The notes under the pieces: generated by a model
The model's database searches: none
Told to the model about the DNA's origin: nothing
The model's input: the letters and a program-made list of their open reading frames with translations, nothing else
Part shown: one piece after another, positions 38,216-47,624 of the stretch
How the letters are laid out: each line of letters opens with the position of its first letter
Position numbering within the stretch: the stretch's first letter is position 1
Translations under genes and position numbers: made by a program
Source: Myxococcota bacterium
GTDB lineage: Bacteria; Myxococcota_A; UBA796; CAJQPC01
Assembly: GCA_036012755.1 (NCBI GenBank)
Contig: DASCPX010000080.1
Coordinates: forward strand, 1 to 50,404
Length of the DNA: 50,404 nucleotides
Direction: 5' to 3'

Positions 38216-39805
38216 ATGAAGACAGACTTCCTGGTCGTCGGGAGCGGCCTCGCGGGCATGCTCTTCGCGCTGAAGGCGTCTCGTCACGGGCGCGTGCTCC
38301 TGGTGACGAAGGGTGAGCTGGGCGAGTCCAACTCGCGCTACGCCCAAGGTGGGGTCGCCGCGGTGTGGGGTGACGAGGATCGGTTCGAGAGCCACGTCGA
38401 GGACACGCTCGTCGCCGGAGCGGGTCTCTGCCGCCGCAGCGCCGTCGAGTTCGTCGTGGAGAACGGCCCGGCGCGCATAGTCGAGCTCATCGACCTCGGC
38501 GTCGAGTTCACCCGCGATGCGGACGAGTTCGACCTCACCCGAGAGGGAGGACACAGCCACCGTCGCATCCTGCACGCCAAGGACCAGACCGGCGCCGAGA
38601 TCGTCCGTGCCCTGGTCGCGCGGCTGCGAGCACATCCGGCCATCGAGATCCTGGAGCAGGCGATGGTGGTCGACCTTGTCACGCAGGGCTGGGTGATGCG
38701 GCGGGTCGGAGGGCCAGAGGAGTACCCGGATCGCGTCGTTGGCGCCTACGTGCTCGAGCTCGGCACCGGTGACGTCATCGCAGTCCAGGCCCCGGTGGTG
38801 GCGCTCTGCGCAGGGGGGGCCGGCAAGGTCTACCGCTACACCTCGAACCCGGACATCGCAACCGGCGACGGTCTCGCCATGGCCTGGCGGGCTGGCGCCG
38901 AGATGGCGAACATGGAGTTCGTCCAGTTCCATCCGACCTGCCTGTTCCATCCGGATGCCAAGAGCTTCCTCATCAGCGAGGCCCTGCGGGGCGAGGGCGG
39001 CATCCTCCGCAACGAGCGCGGCGAGCGCTTCATGGCGCGGTACGACGAGCGCCTCGAGCTGGCCCCCCGCGACATCGTCGCTCGCGCCATCGACGCCGAG
39101 ATCAAGCGCCTGGGCTCCGACTGCGTCAATCTGGACATGACCCACCTCGACGGGGAGTTTCTCGAGGAGCACTTCCCGGCGATCTTCGCCCGCTGCCTGG
39201 AGCTGGGCATCGACATGCGCGTGACGCCGATTCCGGTCGTGCCGTCATGCCACTATTTCTGCGGAGGAGTGCGGGTCGACGAGATCGGGGAGTCCAGCAT
39301 CCGCAACCTCTTCGTCGTGGGCGAGTCCAGCTGCACCGGGCTGCACGGTGCCAATCGACTGGCCAGCAACTCCCTGCTCGAGGCCGCCGTCTATGCCCAC
39401 GCGGCCGCAGAGGCCGCGGCGCAGCGTCTGGACAGCGAGCTGTTGGAGATTCCGGCCTGGGATACCGGCGAGGCCATCGAGCCCGACGAGCTCGTCGTCA
39501 TCAAGCACACCTGGGCCGAGATCCGCCAGTTCATGTGGGACTACGTCGGCATCGTGCGCACGACCCGCAGGTTGAAGCGGGCCCGTCATCGCGTGAGGCT
39601 CGTGAAGGAGGAGATCCGGGCCTACTACTGGGCCTACAAGATCGACCGCGATGTCGTGGAGCTGCGAAACCTGGCGGACGTGGCCGGCCTCGTGGTCGAG
39701 TGCGCTCTTCGCCGCCGGGAGAGCCGGGGGCTCCACTTCACGTTGGACCACGAGGGGACCGATGACCGCTGGCTTCGAGACACGGTCATCAGCCGCAGGA
39801 TCTAG
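38216..39805 (+). CDS. nadB: L-aspartate oxidase
   Basis: GSGLAG, SRYAQGG, REGGHS, QFHPT, LISEALRGEG, ELAPRD, GLHGANRLASNSLLE and ESRGLH; ATG 38216. Confidence 0.96.
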   Translation: MKTDFLVVGSGLAGMLFALKASRHGRVLLVTKGELGESNSRYAQGGVAAVWGDEDRFESHVEDTLVAGAGLCRRSAVEFVVENGPARIVELIDLGVEFTRDADEFDLTREGGHSHRRILHAKDQTGAEIVRALVARLRAHPAIEILEQAMVVDLVTQGWVMRRVGGPEEYPDRVVGAYVLELGTGDVIAVQAPVVALCAGGAGKVYRYTSNPDIATGDGLAMAWRAGAEMANMEFVQFHPTCLFHPDAKSFLISEALRGEGGILRNERGERFMARYDERLELAPRDIVARAIDAEIKRLGSDCVNLDMTHLDGEFLEEHFPAIFARCLELGIDMRVTPIPVVPSCHYFCGGVRVDEIGESSIRNLFVVGESSCTGLHGANRLASNSLLEAAVYAHAAAEAAAQRLDSELLEIPAWDTGEAIEPDELVVIKHTWAEIRQFMWDYVGIVRTTRRLKRARHRVRLVKEEIRAYYWAYKIDRDVVELRNLADVAGLVVECALRRRESRGLHFTLDHEGTDDRWLRDTVISRRI

Positions 39806-39807
39806 CG

Positions 39808-41202
39808 CTAGGGACTCAAGCGCTCCAACGCTGGAGTGCCCGAGCCGACGAGCTCCTCGATGGCGGCAGGGTCCTTCGGCGTCCCCGCGGTGATGACGTC
39901 GGGATCACCAGCGGTGACCAGCACGTCGTCCTCGATGCGGATGCCCCCGAACCCGACCCAGTCGTGAGCCTTGTCCCAGTCCACCATCTCACCCCAGGCA
40001 TCGTGCAGCTCGGGGTTCCGCAAGATGCCAGGCACGACGTAGAAGCCGGGCTCGATCGTGACCAGGAAGCCAGGGACGAGGTCGAGGTCCATGCGCAGGT
40101 AGCAGGTGCCGAACTCGGTGGCGCGTGTGCGCCCGGGTGCGTAGCCTGCGCGGTCCCAGAACTGCTCGAGGTCGTGGGTGTCGAGGCCCAGGAGGTGGCC
40201 GACGCCGTGAGGGAAGAACGCCGCCGCTGCGTGTGACTCCATGACCGCGTCGAGAGAGCCCCTCAGCAGGCCCTCGTCCAAGAGCCACTGGGCGAGCACC
40301 CTCGCCGAGGCGTCGTGCACCTTGCGGTAGCGCACTCCCGGGCGGCAGAGCTCGATGGCGGCCAGCTGTGAGGCCAGGACAGCGTCATAGGCCGCTCGCT
40401 GGCGCCCGGTGAAGCTCCCGTTCACCGGCCAGGTGCGGGTGATGTCGACGCCGTAGCCGCTCGCCAGCCGCTCCCCCCCGCCGTCGAGCAACAGCAGGTC
40501 GCCGTCGGCGAGCGGGTTGACGTAGTCCGGGTTGTGAAGGACCTCTCCGCGGACGGTGACGATCGAGTGGTAGCCGGTCGTGCACCCGCGGGCGGCCAGC
40601 ACGGCGTCGAAGAGGGCGGCGATGTGGGCCTCGTTGCCCCCTACGTGGGTCGCCGCCATCGCCGTGACGAAGGCTGCCTCGGTCGCGTCTGCGGCCTGCC
40701 TGTGCTCGGCGATCTCCTCGGCGGACTTCACGCGGCGCATGGCGATGACGGCTTCGATCAGGCGGTCGTCGCCGTTGTCCTCGCCGTAGACGAGGGTCCG
40801 GTCGGTCAGCGCCGAGGCCAGCTCCGTGCGGACCCGGTCATGGGTGGCGAGGGTCGCGAGGCGTCGACCCTTGCATGCTCCCTCGAGCAGCTTCGTGTCG
40901 ATCACGCGCTCCACGCCGTAGAGCTTGCGGAGGTCGTCGAGGGTCTCGACGTGGCCGTGCCAGAGGTCGTCATCCGCCGCCGGCGGGTCCAAGAAGAACG
41001 TGCAGCCGCTGTTGTCGATGAGCGCCGCGGCGCCCGGGCGGGAGCAGCCCGTGAAGTACCAGAAGGTCGAGTCCTGGCGGTGTTCGTAGCCCATGTGCGG
41101 GCTCGTCCGCGGGTTTTCGTTCGTGCCGACGAGCAGGACGGCGCGGCCACCCATCCTGCGATGGAGCTCGGCTCGACGGGCGCGGAAGGTGTCGTGGGTC
41201 AT
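39808..41202 (-). CDS. pepP: Xaa-Pro aminopeptidase (M24B)
   Basis: RQDSTFWYFTG, LLLDGG, DITRTWP, PHGVGHLLGLDTHD, TIEPG and GIRIEDD. Confidence 0.9.
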   Translation of the reverse strand: MTHDTFRARRAELHRRMGGRAVLLVGTNENPRTSPHMGYEHRQDSTFWYFTGCSRPGAAALIDNSGCTFFLDPPAADDDLWHGHVETLDDLRKLYGVERVIDTKLLEGACKGRRLATLATHDRVRTELASALTDRTLVYGEDNGDDRLIEAVIAMRRVKSAEEIAEHRQAADATEAAFVTAMAATHVGGNEAHIAALFDAVLAARGCTTGYHSIVTVRGEVLHNPDYVNPLADGDLLLLDGGGERLASGYGVDITRTWPVNGSFTGRQRAAYDAVLASQLAAIELCRPGVRYRKVHDASARVLAQWLLDEGLLRGSLDAVMESHAAAAFFPHGVGHLLGLDTHDLEQFWDRAGYAPGRTRATEFGTCYLRMDLDLVPGFLVTIEPGFYVVPGILRNPELHDAWGEMVDWDKAHDWVGFGGIRIEDDVLVTAGDPDVITAGTPKDPAAIEELVGSGTPALERLSP

Positions 41203-41762
41203 CGGAGCGACCAGGTCATCTTTCCGTGACCATAGGGTCCGACGACGAGGAGGTCCACCCTGTCGGCGTCAGAGGGCCGCTCGAAGCGAGCGCGCCAGAG
41301 CTTGGACCAGCGGTCGAGCTGGAGGTAGAGCAGATCCTGGTCCGCCGACGGCTCCCAGATGCGCTCGAGGTCCACGGGCTCTACGCGACGACCGTCGGCC
41401 TCGAGGTGGATCTGCCAGTCCGCGGAGTCGTCCAGCGCGAAGCTGTCCGCGTAGCGGGGAGGGGGTGCGTTCGCGGCGAAGACGACTACCCAGTGAGCCC
41501 TGGCCTCTTGGATGGCCGCGACTCGGCGTGTCTCGTGTGCCTCGCTGTCCTCGAAGCGGGCCCGCGAGATGGTCAGGGCCTGGGCCTGGGCGAGGTCCTC
41601 TGTGACCAGGGTGGCCTTGACGACGACCTGGGTTTCGAACTGGCGTGTCAGGTACAGCTCACGCGTCCACCGCTCGTGGACGAACTCATAGACGATGCGC
41701 GGCTCGTTGGGGAGGGGCTCGGGAAGGGTCGAACCGCAGGCCAGGAACCAGGCCAGGATCAT
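41199..41762 (-). CDS. Hypothetical lipoprotein
   Basis: ATGA overlaps with pyrE and pepP; very short signal MILAWFLAC; GGAGG SD. Confidence 0.75.
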   Translation of the reverse strand: MILAWFLACGSTLPEPLPNEPRIVYEFVHERWTRELYLTRQFETQVVVKATLVTEDLAQAQALTISRARFEDSEAHETRRVAAIQEARAHWVVVFAANAPPPRYADSFALDDSADWQIHLEADGRRVEPVDLERIWEPSADQDLLYLQLDRWSKLWRARFERPSDADRVDLLVVGPYGHGKMTWSLR

Positions 41763-42295
41763 GCCTCCAGCTCCTCCCGCCGTACCAGCGTCTCGAGGGT
41801 GTGCCCTGCCGCGGCGATGCGCTGCGTGGCGCCCTCGGCCCTGTCTACGATCGTGAGGCACTGCACGACCTCCAGGCCCTCCGCCTCGCAGAGCTCGATC
41901 GCCCGCAGCATGGAGGCGCCTGTCGTGCAGGTGTCTTCGACGACACAGACCTTTGAGCCGGAGGGCAGGCTGCGCCGTCCTTCGACGTGCCGCTTCATGC
42001 CGTGGCCCTTCGCTTCCTTGCGGACGAGGAAGGCGTGCACGGGGCGACCACGGTGGAAGCTGACCGCCGCGGTGGCAGAGGCGATGGGGTCCGCACCGAC
42101 GACGAGGCCCCCGATCCCGACGACCTCGGGCTTCAGCGCCTCGAGGACGAGGTTGCCGATCAGCCAGCTGCCCTCTGCGTTGAGCGTGGTCTGACGACCG
42201 TCTATGTAGAAGTCGGACTCGAGGCCGGAGGCGAGCACGACGGGCTTCTTCTCGTAGGAGAGCTCGCGCAGGAGCTCGACCAGGCGCGCCCTCAT
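41759..42295 (-). CDS. pyrE: Orotate phosphoribosyltransferase
   Basis: LASGLESDFYID, VRKEAKGHG and the PRPP motif VVEDTCTTGAS; ATG 42295. Confidence 0.95.
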   Translation of the reverse strand: MRARLVELLRELSYEKKPVVLASGLESDFYIDGRQTTLNAEGSWLIGNLVLEALKPEVVGIGGLVVGADPIASATAAVSFHRGRPVHAFLVRKEAKGHGMKRHVEGRRSLPSGSKVCVVEDTCTTGASMLRAIELCEAEGLEVVQCLTIVDRAEGATQRIAAAGHTLETLVRREELEA

Positions 42296-43101
42296 CCCTG
42301 GCTGTCCAAAAAAGCGACGATCTCGGCGAGCATCTTGTCCTTTTCCAGCTCGTTGAAGAGCTCGTGGAGGGCCTCGCCCCACTCCGAGAGCTTCGCGTCC
42401 CCGCCGTATGCCTCGACGAAGCGCCGGGCGTCTGCGGGGTTCGTGATGGGGTCGCCCTCGCTGATCAACATCAGGATGGGGAGGGTGAAGCTGCCAGCGG
42501 CAGCGTGGACCCTTTCTTGGGCCAGCTCCATCTCGGTGAACCACCGCGGTGTGATGGTCTCGTAGACGAGGGGGTCCGCGTCGTACTTCTTGCCCACCTC
42601 GGGGTCACGCGAGAGCTGTGCGCTGTCGAGCTCGTTGCCCAGGGACAGCGAGGGCCAGATCCTGGAGAGGATCCGTCCGGCCGCCTCCTTGATCTTCGGC
42701 GCCTCCACCCGCACGCCCAGCAGCGGGTTGGAGATGGTCAGGGAGACCACCTGTGGTGCGCCGGCGAGGACGGCGAACAGGGAGACGAGGCCGCCCATGC
42801 TGTGGCAGACGATGTGCACCTCGCCGCCGATCTCGGTCAGCGCCGCCCGGAAGTCGTCGGCGTACTGATCCCAGCGGTCGACGTGGCCCCGCTTCCCTCC
42901 GGAGTGGCCGTGGCCGCGCAACTCGATGCCGCTGACTGCGTAGCCTCCTGCACCGATGGCGGTCGCCACGTGCTCGTACCGGCCCATGTGTTCGGCGAGG
43001 CCGCCGATGAGGAGGACCTCGCCCTTGGGGGTCTCGGGTGGGTCCCAACGGACGAAGTGGAGGCGCGTTCCGTCCGCGCTGGTGATGGTCGAGGTGTTCA
43101 C
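42292..43101 (-). CDS. Lysophospholipase / monoacylglycerol lipase-like alpha/beta hydrolase
   Basis: GLAEHMGRY, LRGHGHSGGKRG, CHSMGG, LSRD...DPL and HELFNE; its GTG start overlaps the TRAP permease stop. Confidence 0.88.
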   Translation of the reverse strand: MNTSTITSADGTRLHFVRWDPPETPKGEVLLIGGLAEHMGRYEHVATAIGAGGYAVSGIELRGHGHSGGKRGHVDRWDQYADDFRAALTEIGGEVHIVCHSMGGLVSLFAVLAGAPQVVSLTISNPLLGVRVEAPKIKEAAGRILSRIWPSLSLGNELDSAQLSRDPEVGKKYDADPLVYETITPRWFTEMELAQERVHAAAGSFTLPILMLISEGDPITNPADARRFVEAYGGDAKLSEWGEALHELFNELEKDKMLAEIVAFLDSQG

Positions 43102-46100
43102 TTGCTCAAGCCGACGAGGTAGGTGGAGAGGGGCTCGAACCAGGCGATGATCACCAGGCAGACGAGCATGAGGAGGAGGAAGGGCACCGTGGCACGGATC
43201 ACCTTCATGATGGGTCGCTCGAAGACCGTGCTGGATACGAAGAGGTTGATGCCCATCGGGGGCGTGAGGTAGCCGAGCTCGAGGTTGACGATGAAGATGA
43301 TGCCGAAGTGGATCGGGTCGATGCCGTAGCTGGCGGCGATCGGGGCCAACAGTGGCGCGACGATGAGGATCGCGCTGATGATCTCCATCACGCAGCCCAG
43401 CGCGAGCAGGAACAGGTTCACCATGATCAGGAACTGGATCTTGCTGTCGACGTGCAGGGCGAGCCACTCGGCGGCCCGCTGCGGCACCTCCTGGTGGGCC
43501 AGGAACTTGTTGAAGGCGATGGCCAGCACGATGATGACGAAGAGGCTGCCCATCATCACGCCGCTATCGACGAGCACGTCCATCAGCTTGCGGGGGCCCA
43601 GCTCGCGGTGGATGATCATCTCGACGAAGAGCGCGTAGACGACCGCGACCGCCGCGGCCTCTGTGACGGTGAAGCGGATCGGGCCGAGGATGCCGTAGAT
43701 GCCGCCCAGGATGATCACGGGCAGCAACAGCGCCAGGAAGCCCCGCTTGAGGCTGTTCCAGATGTTGAGGAAGTAGCCCCCCTCGAGCACGGGCTGCACG
43801 ATGCTGCGGCCCTCGCCGCTGGGGCGCGTCCGGAACAGCGTGTACACCATCAGCACGCCAGCGATGAGCAGGCCCGGGCCGACGCCGGCGATGAAGAGGT
43901 CGTTCGGCGACATCGGGGCCCGAGGGTCGGACACCACGATGGCGTAGAGGATCATCGGAATGCTGGGCGGGATGATGATGCCGAGCGAGCCCGCGCTCGT
44001 GAGCACGCCGGTGGCGTAGGACTTCGAGTACCCGTCCTTCGTGAGCATCGGGTACATCAGTCCGCCGATCGCGATGACCGTGACCGGTGACGATCCCGAG
44101 ATCGCAGCGAAGATCGCGCAGGCGAGGATCGTCGCGAGGCCGAGCCCACCGGGGGTCCGTCCCATCACGGCCCGGGCGACACCGATCATGCGCTCGGCCA
44201 GGGAGCCCTGCGTCATGATGTTGCCGGCGAGGACGAAGAAGGGAATGGCCAGGAGCTCTTCCTTCTTCGTCGCCTCGAACATGTCCTTGGCGACGTAGTA
44301 GCCGGAGAGGTCGTCCAGGAGGATGACGCAGGCCATCGTGGCGATGCCGATGGCCACGAACAGCGGCGCGCCGACGAAGACCAGCAGCAGGCCGGTGAGC
44401 AGGATCAGGCCGCCGGTGCCGAAGTAGAGCGTCGCCCCCATGCCGATGAGGATGCCCGGGAACAGCGCCGCGACGATCATGTCCTTGCGGGTGCGCTGGC
44501 CCCCCGTGAAGGGTGTCGCGATCGGCGTCTCACCGCCCATCTCGCGCTTCGCGAAGCGGCCGAGTACGCCGGCGACCAGGAACCGGCAGAACATGAGCCC
44601 GAAGGCCAGGGGGATGACGAGGGCGCCAAGGTAGAGGGGGAAGCCGTCGCCGGTCTCGAAGCTGGCCCAGACGACGCTGTCCCCGTTCTCGAGTTGCGGC
44701 TCCCAGAACAAGGGCATCGCGCAGAGCAAGGCGGCTCCGCCTGCGATGCCCGCGACAGCCTCCAGGGCCGGTGCCCCATAGCGGCCCGCGGCGCCGTCTC
44801 GCTCCTCGAGGCGCCTGGCCTTGCCGAGGCACCACCAGGCCAGCGGTGCGCCGACCAGCAGGCCGATCCAGCCCACGTCACCGGCTTCGGGCATGAGCGC
44901 CATCAGGCCATTGAGCGGGCCGATCAGGAAGTCCCAGATCCGCAGGCCGGGCACGGTGTCGCCCCGATACAGGTTCTCGCCGGTGAGGAGCCAGGAGTGC
45001 TTCGCCAGCTGCCAGCACAGGCCCGCCGCGACGAAGGCGGTGAAGCGCTTCGCCAGCTTGGCGGCGGCCGGGGACAGCACCCGGTCGGTCGCGTCGACGC
45101 TGAGGTGCTGGCCCCGCCGGGTCGCCAGCGAGGCACCGAGGAAGCCCACCCAGACCATCATCAGCGTGGCCATGTTCGGCCCGCCTTCGATCTCGAGGTC
45201 GAAGAAGGAGAACTCCCGCCGCATGTAGTCCACGAAGGACAGCACGGTCATCGTCAGCAGGAAGGCTGCGATGGTGGCGCGTTCGAGCCAGGCGATGACG
45301 CGGTCGACGCGCTCGGCGACCTCTTCGAGGGCGACGATGAGCCCGGTGATCGTGAGGACCACCGCGGCCTTGGCTCTGTCAGCGCCCTCGTGGAGCTGCG
45401 CGATGAAGCCTGAGAGGGCGCCGAGCAGGCTCAGAAACAGACCAAAGGCCCACAGCCAGAACGCGCCCTTTGGCGCCACCTGGATCAGCGTCGTCGGGAG
45501 CATCTCGGCCTCGGCGACGGCCGGCTCTTCGGTCGTCTCCGTGTCCTCGAGGTCGAGCTCGGCTTCGAGCTCCGCGAGCCAGTCGAGCTCCTCGCCGAGG
45601 TCGACCTCTTCGGTCACCTCGGCCTCTTCGACGGGGGCGTCCTCGACCGGGGCTTCCTCGACGGGGGCGTCCTCGACCGGGGCTTCCTCGACGGGGGCCT
45701 CCTCGATGGGGTCGTCTTCGGGGAGCTTGCCCTCGGCCTCGAGCTCGGCTTCGAGCTGCTCGAGCCAGTCGTCTCCAACGGGGAGCTCTGGCTCCGTCCC
45801 GGGGCCGGGGACTGCCTCTGGCACCTCTTCGGGGACCGCCTCCGGGGTCTCCGGAACGACGTCTTCGACCGCGGGCTGCTCGCTCAGCGAGGAGAACCAG
45901 GCCGCCTTGGTCACCAACACGCCCGAGAACGTCAAGAGCGCGATGACGAGGGCGACGCGCTCCCGGCGCAGGACCAGCAACAAGAGCACCAGGACCGCGG
46001 CGCCGGCGCCTACCAGGGCAGGGGTGTGCTCGACGCCGTCCTGGGGGCGCTCGACCTCTCCGGTACCATCGCTGGCGAGCGAGGCGTCGAGGATCAGCAC

Positions 46101-46535
46101 GAGGTCGGTGCCCGGAGGCAGGGGCCCGCGGGTCAGGATCGAGACGCCAGCGGCGCTCTCCCGCGCGTCCCAGGGCACGAGCTCGCCGTTGTCGAGCCGC
46201 TCGAGCTGGAGCTCCTCCTCCTCTGGGGACAGGGGGGCGTCCCCAAAGCGCATCCGGAGGCCCTCTCCCTCGGCCAGGTGCCCGACGAGCACCTCGCCGT
46301 CCTGGGTGCGGACCTCGACGACGTTCGCGGGCACGTACAGGAGCTGGCCCGCGGCGTCCTCGTCCGTGGGCTCCGGCGACTCGACGGCCCAGGTGCCGTT
46401 GAGCGCGAGCCCGGCGAACAGCAGTCCGAAGACCGCCAGGACACGGCCCAGCTTCGCGCCGTCCGACAACCAGTTCTCGATGCCGCCGAAGAAACGGCCG
46501 ACAGCATCGAAGATCCGAACGAGCAGCTTGTACAC
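43098..46535 (-). CDS. TRAP transporter fused DctQ-DctM permease with a large N-terminal extension (1145 aa)
   Basis: DctQ motif WVGFLGASLATRRGQHLSVD; DctM motifs LLAIPFFVLAG, AISGSSPVT, GSLGIIIPPSIP, TEAAAV and TPPMGINLF. Confidence 0.93.
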   Translation of the reverse strand: MYKLLVRIFDAVGRFFGGIENWLSDGAKLGRVLAVFGLLFAGLALNGTWAVESPEPTDEDAAGQLLYVPANVVEVRTQDGEVLVGHLAEGEGLRMRFGDAPLSPEEEELQLERLDNGELVPWDARESAAGVSILTRGPLPPGTDLVLILDASLASDGTGEVERPQDGVEHTPALVGAGAAVLVLLLLVLRRERVALVIALLTFSGVLVTKAAWFSSLSEQPAVEDVVPETPEAVPEEVPEAVPGPGTEPELPVGDDWLEQLEAELEAEGKLPEDDPIEEAPVEEAPVEDAPVEEAPVEDAPVEEAEVTEEVDLGEELDWLAELEAELDLEDTETTEEPAVAEAEMLPTTLIQVAPKGAFWLWAFGLFLSLLGALSGFIAQLHEGADRAKAAVVLTITGLIVALEEVAERVDRVIAWLERATIAAFLLTMTVLSFVDYMRREFSFFDLEIEGGPNMATLMMVWVGFLGASLATRRGQHLSVDATDRVLSPAAAKLAKRFTAFVAAGLCWQLAKHSWLLTGENLYRGDTVPGLRIWDFLIGPLNGLMALMPEAGDVGWIGLLVGAPLAWWCLGKARRLEERDGAAGRYGAPALEAVAGIAGGAALLCAMPLFWEPQLENGDSVVWASFETGDGFPLYLGALVIPLAFGLMFCRFLVAGVLGRFAKREMGGETPIATPFTGGQRTRKDMIVAALFPGILIGMGATLYFGTGGLILLTGLLLVFVGAPLFVAIGIATMACVILLDDLSGYYVAKDMFEATKKEELLAIPFFVLAGNIMTQGSLAERMIGVARAVMGRTPGGLGLATILACAIFAAISGSSPVTVIAIGGLMYPMLTKDGYSKSYATGVLTSAGSLGIIIPPSIPMILYAIVVSDPRAPMSPNDLFIAGVGPGLLIAGVLMVYTLFRTRPSGEGRSIVQPVLEGGYFLNIWNSLKRGFLALLLPVIILGGIYGILGPIRFTVTEAAAVAVVYALFVEMIIHRELGPRKLMDVLVDSGVMMGSLFVIIVLAIAFNKFLAHQEVPQRAAEWLALHVDSKIQFLIMVNLFLLALGCVMEIISAILIVAPLLAPIAASYGIDPIHFGIIFIVNLELGYLTPPMGINLFVSSTVFERPIMKVIRATVPFLLLMLVCLVIIAWFEPLSTYLVGLSK
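45622..45707 (-). repeat. 15-bp tandem repeat (about 5-6 units) encoding E(E/D)APV inside the TRAP permease
   Basis: Includes a perfect 30-bp duplication TCGACGGGGGCGTCCTCGACCGGGGCTTCC; protein reads EEAPV EEAPV EDAPV EEAPV EDAPV EEAEV. Confidence 0.9.
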
Positions 46536-46588
46536 GGAGAGCCTCGGAAGTGGCGGAATCTAACCCGTGTTCCGGCCGCGGAGTGGCC

Positions 46589-47617
46589 TCAGCGCATGCT
46601 CTTGAGCTTGGCCTGGACCTTCTTGTAGAGCGAGAGCGCCTCTGGGTTCTCCCGGAGGTAGGTCTTGTGGACTCCAAGGGTCTTGTCTGCGAAGACCTTG
46701 CGCTGCGCCGGGCTCAGCTCGGTGACCGTCACGCCCTTGGCCTTGATGGTCTCGATCAGGTCCGCTTCGAGGGCGCGGACACCCGCTCGGCCCTTCGCAG
46801 CCTCTGCCCGGGGGTCTCCCAGGACGATCGTCTGCATGTCGGCGGGGAGCGTGTCCCACCAGGCCTTGGAGTAGGCCACGGCGGCGGGCTGGTAGATGTG
46901 GTTGCTGCGCGTGTAGTGGTCCACCGCGTCGATCCAGCCGGCGGCGAGTGAGAACAGCGGCGTGTTGTCGAAGCCATCGACGATGCCCGTGTTCAGCGCA
47001 GGCATGACCTCAGAGGTCGGCTTGCTCACCGCCTGGACGCCGAGGGCCTTGTACATGTTCAGGTGGACCGGGGACTCCTGGCTCCGCATCTTGTAGGCCG
47101 CGAGCTCCTCTGGGCTGGTCGCGGGGCCGCCCTTGGTCGCGAAGGAGCGCCAGCCGTTCTCTGCCCAGATGGTGAGGACGAAGCCCTTGTCCGACATCTC
47201 CTTCGACATCGGGTCGAAGAGCACGTCGTCCATGACGGCGTCGGCCTCTTCGAAGCTGTTGAAGAGGTAGGGGAGCTCTGGGAGCTGCAACAGCGGGATG
47301 TTCGCGCCCTCGGCCATGGCGCCGGTGCTGACACCGACCCCCTGCAGCCGCTCACCGCGACGGCAGTCCTGCACCATCTCGATCTCGGAGCCCAGCGAAC
47401 CGCCGAGGAAGATCTTGACCTTGATGGCGCCGGCGGACTCCTTCTCCACGCGCTTCTTGGTGTCCCGAAGCTGATCCGCCCAGGGGGTCCCGTCTGGAGC
47501 GACCGTGCCGAAGTTGACGGTGTACTGAGGCTCGGCCTCCGGCGTCGAGGTCGGGACGACCAGGACGCCGGCTGCGACTGCTGTGACCGCCAGGGTCTGG
47601 AGGAGCTTCTTGGACAT
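46589..47617 (-). CDS. TRAP transporter substrate-binding protein (DctP / TatP-like)
   Basis: Signal peptide; GTVAPDGTPW, GGSLGSE, LPYLF, ENGWR and LNTGIVDG. Confidence 0.92.
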   Translation of the reverse strand: MSKKLLQTLAVTAVAAGVLVVPTSTPEAEPQYTVNFGTVAPDGTPWADQLRDTKKRVEKESAGAIKVKIFLGGSLGSEIEMVQDCRRGERLQGVGVSTGAMAEGANIPLLQLPELPYLFNSFEEADAVMDDVLFDPMSKEMSDKGFVLTIWAENGWRSFATKGGPATSPEELAAYKMRSQESPVHLNMYKALGVQAVSKPTSEVMPALNTGIVDGFDNTPLFSLAAGWIDAVDHYTRSNHIYQPAAVAYSKAWWDTLPADMQTIVLGDPRAEAAKGRAGVRALEADLIETIKAKGVTVTELSPAQRKVFADKTLGVHKTYLRENPEALSLYKKVQAKLKSMR

Positions 47618-47624
47618 GAGGTTC

